Source of the DNA: an archaeon
Lineage (GTDB): Archaea; Iainarchaeota; Iainarchaeia; Iainarchaeales; JAAZKV01
Reading direction: 5' to 3'
Assembly (NCBI GenBank): GCA_041661245.1
Contig: JBAZUY010000001.1
Span: forward strand, 678,876-742,875
DNA length: 64,000 nucleotides
Below are positions 19,129 through 27,254 of this stretch, piece after piece; positions within the stretch are counted from its first letter, which is position 1; every line of letters starts with the position of its first letter. The notes under the pieces are model-generated. The model saw only the letters and a program-made list of their open reading frames with translations. It was not told where the DNA came from and ran no database searches. A program made the translations under genes and the position numbers.

Positions 19129-20193
19129 ATGCCATCGATTATAGAAAAAAGAAAAGCAGACCACATAAAGCTATGCGCTACAAAAGATGTTGCCTTTAAA
19201 GACAAAACTACTCTTTTGGAAGAAGTAGAACTAAATTACAAATCTTTACCTGAATTAAATCTTCGCGAAATTGATTTAAGTACTGAGTTTTTAGGAAAAA
19301 AGTTTTCTTTTCCTTTCATTGCATCAGCCATCACTGGTGGGGCACAAGTATCAAAAAAAATAAACAAAGATATTGCAATTGCAGCTCAAGAAGTTGGAGC
19401 AGGAATGGGTTTGGGAAGTATTCGCGCAATGATACAACAGCCCTCTTTAATAGAAACCTATTTTGTTCGTGATGTTGCCCCAGACATATTTTTAGCAGGA
19501 AATATTGGAGTAGCTCAATTAAAACAATTTACTCCTGAACAACTAAACGAAGCATTAACTGCGCTTGAAGTAAATGCGCTTGCAATTCACTTAAACTCAG
19601 CGCAAGAAGCAGTACAAGCAGAAGGGGACGCTGACTTTACAGGCCTTGTTGCAAAAATCGCAGAGTTTTCTGACAAAATAACTGTTCCAGTTTATGTAAA
19701 AGAAGTAGGACACGGAATAAGTTACGATGTTGCTCTGGCATTAAAAGAAACAAAAATAAAAGCAATTGATGTACAAGGGGCAGGCGGAACAAGTTGGACA
19801 ATGGTTGATGCACTAAGACACAAAGATGGATTCGGTTTACCATTTAGAGATTTTGGATTGCCAACTGCTGTTTCCATAATTGAAGTAAAACACGCATTAC
19901 ACGTTGCAACAACTAATTCCACTACAAGCAAAAAAATAATTGCGTCTGGAGGAATAAGAAACGGACTTGAAGCAGTAAAAGCAATAGTACTTGGCGCAGA
20001 CATGGTTGGAAATGCAATGCCAATTTTAAAAGCCCAACAAAAAAATGGTTCAATAGGGGTTGCTAATTATTTAACTAATTTTAAACGAGAAATGGAAATA
20101 GCATCCTTCCTAATTGGTTGTCAAAACCTAAAAGAATTACACGAAGAAAAACCAATTTTGTTTGGAAAACTAAGACAATGGGTAGAAGAATAA
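19129..20193 (+). CDS. fni: Isopentenyl-diphosphate delta-isomerase, type 2 (FMN-dependent)
   Basis: IEKRKADHIKL, FPFIASAITGG, VKEVGHGIS and IASGGIRNGLE are typical of IDI-2. ATG 19129 is preceded by AAGGTAGTGA. Confidence 0.85.
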   Translation: MPSIIEKRKADHIKLCATKDVAFKDKTTLLEEVELNYKSLPELNLREIDLSTEFLGKKFSFPFIASAITGGAQVSKKINKDIAIAAQEVGAGMGLGSIRAMIQQPSLIETYFVRDVAPDIFLAGNIGVAQLKQFTPEQLNEALTALEVNALAIHLNSAQEAVQAEGDADFTGLVAKIAEFSDKITVPVYVKEVGHGISYDVALALKETKIKAIDVQGAGGTSWTMVDALRHKDGFGLPFRDFGLPTAVSIIEVKHALHVATTNSTTSKKIIASGGIRNGLEAVKAIVLGADMVGNAMPILKAQQKNGSIGVANYLTNFKREMEIASFLIGCQNLKELHEEKPILFGKLRQWVEE

Positions 20194-20244
20194 ATAATTT
20201 TAATTCTTTACTCTGTTTAGAAGATTTTTTCCATTAAAATTAGT

Positions 20245-20253
20245 TTTATATAT
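20245..20253 (+). promoter_or_regulatory. TATA box for the pilin-like adhesin gene
   Basis: TTTATATAT is centred 25 nt upstream of ATG 20274. A T6 run at 20225-20230 could terminate the upstream fni gene. Confidence 0.5.
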
Positions 20254-20273
20254 TTGAATCTTCTACTGGTAGT

Positions 20274-22583
20274 ATGTCTAACAAATCTTTTTCTGCACAA
20301 AGCCTGCCATGGGCACCTTTTGAGATGCAGGCGCCCCGCGGGGCACAGGCGTCAGGCCAGAGTACTGTTGAGTATTTGGTGATTATTGGGGTTGTTGTTG
20401 TTTTGAGTTTGGTTGTTGTTGGTATTTCTGTTGGGTTGTTGGGGCAGAGTTCTGGGGTTAGTGCGGATTCTTCTAAGTTGTTTTGGGCGTCGCAGCCGTT
20501 GGGTTTGAGTGAGGCGGGAGCAGATTCGTCAGGCGATACTTTTTTTGTTGTTACTAATAATACGGGCGAGGATATTACTCTTTTAGGGTATGTTGCTGAT
20601 GGGGTTGTTAGGGATTTTACTGTTACGACTCCTTTGATTCCTCGTGGGGGGAAGAAGGTTGTTTTTATTGCTCGACAAGAGGCTTGTGCTACTAGTGGGA
20701 GTTCTTGTTCTTTGAGTAATGTTTCTTTTAAGTATCGTAGTGCAACTGGTTTGGATAAGGTTTCTAGTGGTAATGATTTGGTTTTGGAGAAACAAGAAAA
20801 TGTTTCTGTTGCGATGTTTGATGGGCAACCAACTGCTCTTGTTTGTGTGAATAACGGGGATGTTGGACAATGCGGGAGCGGAGGGGCTGATACAAATAGT
20901 TGGACGGCTGGGATTATTAATGATTCAAATATTTTCCAAATTGATTTGAACACAACTGGAAATTTGAAGGCGAGCGGAGGTTATTTGTGCAACGCTTCTA
21001 CATGTTATAATATTTCTGATTTAAACATTTCTGGCTCGGGAGGCGGAGGAAGTTTAACAAACCCCATTACAATGGATTTTAATATTTACAAAACAACTCC
21101 TGCGTTAATTTTGTCTACAAGCGATGACAATGGAAATTTTGCAACACTTTCTCGGAGTGCTACAAGCAGAACTCTGGCCCTGAAAAATTCAGTTGGAACT
21201 CCTTCCTCAAGTGCCACAGGAATACTAAATGTTAATGACAGTTATTACACAACTACTGCTTTGCCCTCAATTACTCAAGATATTTCTATTAGTGCATGGA
21301 TAAAACCAACCACTGCAAAAGGAGAAATACTAAGTTGGGGCTGGGGCTATGGGGGAAATGAGCGAGGATTTACTTTTGGGGCGGGCGCTGATGCTGCGGG
21401 CGGCGCGGATGGAAGTTTGCATTGGTGTAGCGGGGATAATGGATCAAATGCAAATACAGCCGCATGTAGCAGAGTAAATAGTGTCCTCTCTACAGGCGCG
21501 TGGCAGCATGTAATAGTAACAAAAAGCGGAACAAGCATTACGTTTTATTTTAACGGAGTTAACGCGGGAAGCGGAACAGTGAATAGATCTTCAATTGCAC
21601 CGAATGGAACAAATTGGACGCTTGGAGGCCAGAATACTGACCCTACTTATGACATAGTGGAGTTTGATGGAATATTGGACGAAGTGATAGTTTACAATAA
21701 AGCGCTTGATTCCACTGAAGTGGCAAGAGAGTATGGGGAAGGGTTAGGTTATTACCACACTGGGGCTGAAGCAGGATTTGTTACTGGATATCATGTTGAT
21801 GAAGGCGTGGGGGGAATTATTTCAGATATTGGGGGATTGTACAATGTTTCAAAATCTGGTTCAGGGAGTTCAAGCTGGGTTGAGGGAAAAGTTTCTTCTC
21901 CTTCAAGCGTTCAGGAAGCAACTTTAATTAAATCTATAAATGGAGTTATGGCTGGTGAAAAAGGAATAAACACTTTTGGAGAAACTTCCGGCAGAACAAT
22001 ACTTGACGGACAGACATTGCGATTTAATATTGGGGGAAGTGAAAAGATTCAAATTCAATCTGATGGGAATATTTATTTTCCAGTTCAAGATGTGAATACA
22101 AAATTTAATATTAATGATGGGGGCACAGTAAGGACTGCTATTCAAATTAATGGAGCTGAAGGAAGTGTAAGTTTTCCAAGACAAAGTTACGTTTATGCAT
22201 ATCGGACAACAAATCAAACAATTGCTGCGCAAATAGATTCAAATGTAATTTATGATGGGGTTCTTACTGATACTTTGGGAGAATATAATAACACTACTGG
22301 AATTTTTACCGCAAAGAATGATGGAGTATATTTAGTAACCGCACAAGTTTTTTGGACGGCTTTAGATCCTAATGATGGGTACATATACATTCTTGCAGGG
22401 GGATCTGCGCGAGCTCAGGTTAATACACACGGTATTACTGCACAAAATTATACTATGCAAACAACTCAACCAATTAAATTAAATGCTGGGCAAACAATAC
22501 AAATTCATGCTGCTCAATGGGTTGGGGGAACAATTCTGTCAAGTGCTATGAAATCTTCCCTAATCATAGCAAAAGTTGCCTAG
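20274..22583 (+). CDS. Secreted/pilin-like protein (769 aa): class III signal peptide + LamG domain + C-terminal C1q/TNF-like head
   Basis: The N-terminus ...PRGAQASGQSTVEYLVIIGVVVVLSLVVVGI matches the archaeal prepilin pattern (KG/RG, then Q.S.EYL plus a hydrophobic helix). LamG ending FDGILDEVIVYNKALDSTEVAREY. The C-terminus VIYDGVLTDTLGEYNNTTGIFTAKNDGVYLVTAQVFW...IKLNAGQTIQIHA...SSLIIAKVA follows the C1q-domain pattern. An alternative start is ATG 20325. Confidence 0.7.
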   Translation: MSNKSFSAQSLPWAPFEMQAPRGAQASGQSTVEYLVIIGVVVVLSLVVVGISVGLLGQSSGVSADSSKLFWASQPLGLSEAGADSSGDTFFVVTNNTGEDITLLGYVADGVVRDFTVTTPLIPRGGKKVVFIARQEACATSGSSCSLSNVSFKYRSATGLDKVSSGNDLVLEKQENVSVAMFDGQPTALVCVNNGDVGQCGSGGADTNSWTAGIINDSNIFQIDLNTTGNLKASGGYLCNASTCYNISDLNISGSGGGGSLTNPITMDFNIYKTTPALILSTSDDNGNFATLSRSATSRTLALKNSVGTPSSSATGILNVNDSYYTTTALPSITQDISISAWIKPTTAKGEILSWGWGYGGNERGFTFGAGADAAGGADGSLHWCSGDNGSNANTAACSRVNSVLSTGAWQHVIVTKSGTSITFYFNGVNAGSGTVNRSSIAPNGTNWTLGGQNTDPTYDIVEFDGILDEVIVYNKALDSTEVAREYGEGLGYYHTGAEAGFVTGYHVDEGVGGIISDIGGLYNVSKSGSGSSSWVEGKVSSPSSVQEATLIKSINGVMAGEKGINTFGETSGRTILDGQTLRFNIGGSEKIQIQSDGNIYFPVQDVNTKFNINDGGTVRTAIQINGAEGSVSFPRQSYVYAYRTTNQTIAAQIDSNVIYDGVLTDTLGEYNNTTGIFTAKNDGVYLVTAQVFWTALDPNDGYIYILAGGSARAQVNTHGITAQNYTMQTTQPIKLNAGQTIQIHAAQWVGGTILSSAMKSSLIIAKVA

Positions 22584-22588
22584 TCTCA

Positions 22589-22634
22589 ACGTCAATTGTC
22601 GTAAAGCACTTCGCTTTTTAGATAGGTTTTTATA
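22589..22634 (+). promoter_or_regulatory. Conserved 46-bp intergenic element, copy A (motif + T-run + TATA)
   Basis: ACGTCAATTGTCGTAaagcACTTCGctTTTTAGAtAGGTTTTTAtA matches 27640-27685 at 38 of 46 positions, including an exact 15-mer. It starts 6 nt after the stop codon at 22581-22583. Confidence 0.6.
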
Positions 22635-22750
22635 GTTCTACTTCCAAATCTACATCTGGCCTGGTAGACCAATAGTACTAGTAGAGTACGTGGCGTAAGC
22701 AGGTCAAAGGAATAATTGTTAAAAAAATAAATTAATTTGGTGTTAAAAGA

Positions 22751-24097
22751 ATGAAAGTGCCTTTACTTCCAATTGAAGAACGAAAAACTACTTTTAAGGA
22801 AGTAGAAATCGGATTTACTGCCTCCCAAGTAACAATTGAAGCAAATCGTTGCCTTCAATGTGTTTCACCAAAATGTGTAGAAGCGTGCCCTGCAAAAGTA
22901 AATATTCCTGGATTCATTAAAGCTTTTAGAGATGGAAATATTATCAAAGCAGTTGCAATTATTAGAGAAAAAAATTATTTCCCAAGCATTTGTGGAAGAA
23001 TTTGCCAACAAGAAAAACAATGCGAAGGAAGTTGTATTTTAGGAAAGACTCCTGAAGGAGCAGTGTGCATTGGAGGAATTGAAAGATTCATTGGAGATAA
23101 TGCTCCTTTTCCAAAAAGAAATAATTTAACCGGAAAAAATATTGCAGTAATAGGTTCTGGACCAAGCGGACTAGCAGTAGCAGCATACTTATCACAAATT
23201 GGGATGCACGTAACAATCCTAGAAGGAACAAATGCCTTCGGAGGAGTAATAAAATACGGAGTGCCCGATTTTAGATTACCAAAAGAAGTAGTCGCACGAG
23301 AACTAAAAGGACTACACGAACTAGGAATTGATTTTGAACCAAATGCAAAAATAGATGAAGAGGGACTTGAAAATATTTCAAAAAGATTTGATGCAGTATT
23401 CATTGGAACAGGAGTAGGAAAACCAAGACTCCTTGATGTCCCCGGCTCCTCTCTTAAAGGAGTAATGAGTGCAATGAAATTCTTAATTAATTTAAACCAA
23501 AGTAATATCCCGATGATTGCTAAAGGAGAAAAAGTTGTAGTAGTTGGGGCAGGGTATGTTGGAATTGACGCTGCAAGAAGTGCAGTACGATTAGGCGGAG
23601 AAGTAACTTGCATTACTGTTGCAAGAGAAAAAGATGCATTCAAGAGTGTTAGCCCAAAAGATTATGAAGAAGCAAAAGAAGAAGGAGTAAAATTTATTTT
23701 TGAAGCAAAAGTAAAAGAAATACTTGGATCCGAAAAAGTTGAAGGAGTAGGATATTCAAATCACATTGAAGGAAAAGTTGAATGCACAAAAGTAATTTGC
23801 GCAATAGGGCAAGAGCATGATGAAGATTCTCTAAAAACACCAATAAGGACAGGAAAAAACGGGTGCATTGAAGTAAATACAAATTTTCAAACCACAATCA
23901 ATAATGTGTTTGCGGCAGGGGATTGTGTGCACGGACCAAAAACAGTAATACATGCGATAGATGCTGGAAGAAAAACCACGCAAGCTATGATAAAATACTT
24001 GGATGCAAAAATAGCAAATGAAGCAATGGGAATAACTCACGTTGATGATATTCCTAAAATAGTTCCTAAAGTTGATCACTCAAACAAAGATATTTAA
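22751..24097 (+). CDS. Glutamate synthase small-subunit-like NAD(P)H oxidoreductase (GltD / SudA / NfnB family)
   Basis: N-terminal Fe-S Cys clusters CLQCVSPKCVEACP and CGRICQQEKQCEGSC. Two Rossmann motifs are present, IAVIGSGPSGLAVAAYL and VVVVGAGYVGIDAA. No partner subunit gene is adjacent. Confidence 0.75.
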   Translation: MKVPLLPIEERKTTFKEVEIGFTASQVTIEANRCLQCVSPKCVEACPAKVNIPGFIKAFRDGNIIKAVAIIREKNYFPSICGRICQQEKQCEGSCILGKTPEGAVCIGGIERFIGDNAPFPKRNNLTGKNIAVIGSGPSGLAVAAYLSQIGMHVTILEGTNAFGGVIKYGVPDFRLPKEVVARELKGLHELGIDFEPNAKIDEEGLENISKRFDAVFIGTGVGKPRLLDVPGSSLKGVMSAMKFLINLNQSNIPMIAKGEKVVVVGAGYVGIDAARSAVRLGGEVTCITVAREKDAFKSVSPKDYEEAKEEGVKFIFEAKVKEILGSEKVEGVGYSNHIEGKVECTKVICAIGQEHDEDSLKTPIRTGKNGCIEVNTNFQTTINNVFAAGDCVHGPKTVIHAIDAGRKTTQAMIKYLDAKIANEAMGITHVDDIPKIVPKVDHSNKDI

Positions 24098-24127
24098 CCT
24101 AATTAATACAATAGTCTAAAGGTAAAG

Positions 24128-24913
24128 ATGGCTTCAAAATCAAGCGGAAAGATACTTTTAGTACACAAAGAAAACAAATTTGATAGTACTAAGCAAGCCG
24201 TAAAAAAAGTTGAAGAAGTGTTAAAACAAAAAAAACTTTCTTATAAAAAAATTCCTGTTTCTATGCTACTAAAAGAAGATTTAGTTGGATTTGATAAAGT
24301 AATAATTCTCGGAGGGGACGGAACAATACTAAAAACTTGTAAATACATTTACTCCCAACCAGTAATTTTAATTAATTCAGATCCCCAAAACAGCAAAGGA
24401 GTAATAGACGAATTTACAATTAACGAACTTGATAAACTTTCAAGCATCCTTGATGGAAAATTTGAAATAAAATTAAGACAAAGATTGGAAATTAGGGTAA
24501 ATAACTCTCCGATTGAAGATCCAATTTTGAATGAAACATTTTTCGGGTCCGCGCACGCGTGCATGATTGCAGAATACGAAATTGATTATGATGGCAAGAA
24601 AGAAATCCAGAGGAGTTCAGGGGTATTAATTGCAACAGGCACCGGGAGCACTGCATGGTATAACTCTGCAGGAGGAAAACCATTTGATGCGAGCGAAGAA
24701 AAAGCTTTATTTTTAGTAAGAGAACCCTACAATAAAGAAAAAGAAAAATTAACAATATTTAACGGAGTCGCAGTCGGAAATGATTTTAAGTTAATTGTAA
24801 AAAAAGACGACATGTGTCTCTCAATGGATTCTTACACAATGCAATTATTAAAAAAAGAAGACAAAGTAACCTTCAAACTCTCAAAATTCCCTCTAAAAGT
24901 ACTTTGCCCCTAA
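24128..24913 (+). CDS. nadK: NAD+ kinase
   Basis: VIILGGDGTILK (GGDGT motif) and ATGTGSTAWYNSAGG. Confidence 0.8.
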   Translation: MASKSSGKILLVHKENKFDSTKQAVKKVEEVLKQKKLSYKKIPVSMLLKEDLVGFDKVIILGGDGTILKTCKYIYSQPVILINSDPQNSKGVIDEFTINELDKLSSILDGKFEIKLRQRLEIRVNNSPIEDPILNETFFGSAHACMIAEYEIDYDGKKEIQRSSGVLIATGTGSTAWYNSAGGKPFDASEEKALFLVREPYNKEKEKLTIFNGVAVGNDFKLIVKKDDMCLSMDSYTMQLLKKEDKVTFKLSKFPLKVLCP

Positions 24914-24971
24914 GAGTGAATTTATATTTGCTTCGATAAAGTCATAATTAATCAAACAAGGAGTTGGTCAC

Positions 24972-26261
24972 ATGGACAAAGCAGCATTCAGTGGATTTTA
25001 TAAAAAGTCAATAGCAGAAAGACAAGAAATAGTTGCAAAAGAGTTTATGCTTACTGATGCTGAGAAAGCAATGCTTACCAAAGAAGGACCACTTCCATTT
25101 AGTGTAGCAGACCGAATGATAGAAAATGTAGTAGGGACAATGCCTCTTGCTTATGGACTTGCAACAAACTTTGTAATAGACGGAAAAGATTATATTATTC
25201 CATTTGCTCTTGAAGAACCAAGTGTAGTAGCAGCTGCATCAAATGCAGCAAAATTATCAAGCGGATTTACTACTAGCGCAGATGAACCAATAATGATTGG
25301 ATTAATTCAAGTAGTAAAGTGTCCAAACGCAACTGATTCATTAATCAAAATCTTATCAAAGAAAAATGAACTCTTAGAAGAAATAATGAAAATTGATCCA
25401 ATACTTGTAAAGTTCGGTGGTGGGCCACGCGACATTAAAGGGGAAGTACTAAAAACTTCAAGAGGCGAAATGATTTCATTACAATTACTAGTTGATGTGC
25501 GAGATGCAATGGGATCAAATGCAATAAACACTATGGCTGAAAAAATCTCTCCAATCATTGAACAAATCTCGGGCGGAGAAGTACGATTAAAAATTATTTC
25601 AAACCTTGCAATCCACAGAAAAGCACGCGCAAAAACAACTTGGACAAAAGAATCCCTTGTAGCAAGTATGGGCCCGGAAACAAAAATGGCTGGTGAAGAA
25701 ATAGTTGAAAGAATACTTGATGCATATGAATATGCGGTAGCAACAGTATTTCGAACTGCAACTCATAACAAAGGAATCATGAATGGAATAGATGCATTAA
25801 CAATTGCAACAGGAAATGATTTTAGAGGAGTGGAAGCCGGAGCACACTCATTTGCAGCATACGGACACGAATACCAATCCTTAACAAAATATTACAAAGA
25901 TGAAAATGGAAATTTGGTTGGAGAAATCGAAATGCCAATGGTTCTTGCAACAATCGGCGGAACAATGAAATCAAACCCCATGGCACAACTTTCATTAAAA
26001 ATACTTGGAGTAAAAACCTCAAACGAATTATCAAGGATTGGCGCGAGTGTTGGTTTAGCCCAAAACTTTGCTGCGTTACGTGCGCTTGCAACAACAGGAA
26101 TACAAGCTGGGCACATGAAATTACACGCAAAATCACTTGCAGCGCAAGCTGGTGCAAGAGAAAATGAAGTTGATTTAGTTGCACAAAAAATGATTGAAGC
26201 AAAATCATTCAACCAACTAAAAGCTGAAGAAATTTTAAAAGAAATTAGGGCTGTAAAATAA
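24972..26261 (+). CDS. hmgA: HMG-CoA reductase (class II-like, 429 aa)
   Basis: EEPSVVAAASNAAK, DAMGSNAINTMAE, TATHNKGIMNGIDA and GHMKLHA. The length and the N-terminus FSGFYKKSIAERQ resemble class II enzymes. Confidence 0.85.
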   Translation: MDKAAFSGFYKKSIAERQEIVAKEFMLTDAEKAMLTKEGPLPFSVADRMIENVVGTMPLAYGLATNFVIDGKDYIIPFALEEPSVVAAASNAAKLSSGFTTSADEPIMIGLIQVVKCPNATDSLIKILSKKNELLEEIMKIDPILVKFGGGPRDIKGEVLKTSRGEMISLQLLVDVRDAMGSNAINTMAEKISPIIEQISGGEVRLKIISNLAIHRKARAKTTWTKESLVASMGPETKMAGEEIVERILDAYEYAVATVFRTATHNKGIMNGIDALTIATGNDFRGVEAGAHSFAAYGHEYQSLTKYYKDENGNLVGEIEMPMVLATIGGTMKSNPMAQLSLKILGVKTSNELSRIGASVGLAQNFAALRALATTGIQAGHMKLHAKSLAAQAGARENEVDLVAQKMIEAKSFNQLKAEEILKEIRAVK

Positions 26262-26282
26262 ATATATTCTTGTAGTGCCTTT
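26222..26282 (+). repeat. 61-bp direct repeat, copy 1 (last 37 coding nt of hmgA + stop + 21 nt)
   Basis: Exact match to 26319-26379 at an offset of 97 bp. Confidence 0.95.
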
Positions 26283-26291
26283 GGCACTACA
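26271..26291 (+). terminator. Perfect 9-bp hairpin just after the hmgA stop codon
   Basis: TGTAGTGCC-TTT-GGCACTACA. No T-run follows it, so a terminator role is uncertain. Confidence 0.3.
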
Positions 26292-26318
26292 CATATTCTG
26301 TCGCCTAATGTGATTGGC

Positions 26319-26379
26319 AGCTGAAGAAATTTTAAAAGAAATTAGGGCTGTAAAATAAATATATTCTTGTAGTGCCTTT
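26319..26379 (+). repeat. 61-bp direct repeat, copy 2 (orphan copy of the hmgA 3' end)
   Basis: Identical to 26222-26282. It retains only the left arm of the hairpin. Confidence 0.95.
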
Positions 26380-26416
26380 TGGGGAATTACTTTTATTTTG
26401 CCTTGGAAATAATTTT

Positions 26417-27205
26417 TTACCCAACCAAAAGTAGGGCTGCCATTACAAGCATTCCTGCAAGCAGGAATATTACTTGCATTAATGCCTTTCGTGTTGTAAA
26501 ACTTTCTTGGTCGTGTAATTGTGGCAACAGATCTGTTCCTGCAATGTACAAAAAACTTCCTGCGGCAAAAGCAATTAACAAAGGAGTTATTCCATTAATT
26601 GAACTTCCCAAAATTAAAGCAAAAATTGCTCCAACAAATGCACTCAGTGCAGTAATAAAATTAAATGCCAATGCTTTCTTTTTTGAAAATCCTCCTTTTA
26701 ATAAAACTCCAAAATCTGCAATTTCTTGAGGAATTTCGTGAAGAACTATTGCAATTGCTGTAGAAAAACCAATTACTGGACTTGCTAGGAAAGCCCCTGC
26801 AAGAATTATTCCATCAATTGCATTATGGAGCAAATCTCCTGCAAGACTCATGTAAGTAAAAGTGTGATATTTTTTTCCATGGTGTGCATGGTGGCAGTGA
26901 TGCCAGTGAACAACTTTCTCTAAAATAAAAAAAACAACTACTCCCGAAAGTATTGCAAGCGAAATGTCTAAAGAAAAACCTTTTTCTGAAAGTTCTGGCA
27001 GTAAGTGAATGAAAACGTCTCCAAGAAGAGCACCGACCGCAAAAGCAACCATTAATTCAAGAAAGTTTTCAAGTTTTTGTTCTTTAATTTTTAAAGTAAA
27101 AACCCCAATTAAGGAAACAAGCGAAATTGCTGTTAAACTTGCAAATAATTCAAAATACATTTTATCACTAACAATTTGATGATAGTTAATAATATTAAGG
27201 GGCAT
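26417..27205 (-). CDS. zupT: ZIP-family divalent metal (zinc) transporter
   Basis: HEIPQEIADFGVL signature, a His-rich loop HWHHCHHAHHGKKYH, and multiple TM helices. Confidence 0.8.
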   Translation of the reverse strand: MPLNIINYHQIVSDKMYFELFASLTAISLVSLIGVFTLKIKEQKLENFLELMVAFAVGALLGDVFIHLLPELSEKGFSLDISLAILSGVVVFFILEKVVHWHHCHHAHHGKKYHTFTYMSLAGDLLHNAIDGIILAGAFLASPVIGFSTAIAIVLHEIPQEIADFGVLLKGGFSKKKALAFNFITALSAFVGAIFALILGSSINGITPLLIAFAAGSFLYIAGTDLLPQLHDQESFTTRKALMQVIFLLAGMLVMAALLLVG

Positions 27206-27206
27206 T

Positions 27207-27245
27207 GTTATTAATCTTTGTTTAGTTTATGGGTTTAGTTATTAA
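27207..27245. promoter_or_regulatory. Candidate operator in the ZIP / NikR-like divergent intergenic region
   Basis: Direct repeats GTTATTAA (27207 and 27238, 31 bp apart) and GTTTAGTT (27220 and 27233) fill the 49-bp spacer between the two start codons. Confidence 0.35.
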
Positions 27246-27254
27246 GTGACTTTT

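Noticed and set aside
20246-20953. 235-aa minus-strand ORF antisense to the 5' part of the pilin-like gene.
   Set aside because: It exists only because the sense strand there is extremely A-poor, so the antisense frame has few stop codons. The sense frame carries a clear class III signal peptide and continues into recognisable domains.
7254-22583. Diversity-generating retroelement targeting the LamG/lectin-like surface proteins.
   Set aside because: There is no reverse transcriptase gene. I also could not find a template/variable repeat pair, meaning near-identical ~100-bp repeats differing at A positions, anywhere in the window.
22635-22750. Structured-looking stretch (GGCCTGGTAGACC, GTACT-AGTAG-AGTAC) considered as a tRNA or small RNA gene.
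   Set aside because: There is no cloverleaf geometry and no T-loop GTTCRANNC or D-loop consensus on either strand. It is more simply the 5' untranslated region of the downstream gene. Possible sRNA production is left as part of the conserved-element finding only.
22975-23643. 222-aa antisense ORF inside the GltD/NfnB-like gene. Similar long antisense ORFs occur at 1957-2586, 52699-53160, 55292-55873, 58436-58897, 15889-16347, 17119-17505 and 18257-18670.
   Set aside because: All are opposite genes with strong motif support or long uninterrupted sense frames. Their translations are low-complexity Ser/Phe/Leu/Pro-rich shadows typical of antisense frames of A-rich coding strands.
26379-26729. 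116-aa plus-strand ORF starting in the duplicated hmgA tail.
   Set aside because: It overlaps the ZIP transporter gene on the opposite strand almost completely. The ZIP frame has the HEIPQE signature and TM helices, and the plus frame has no features.
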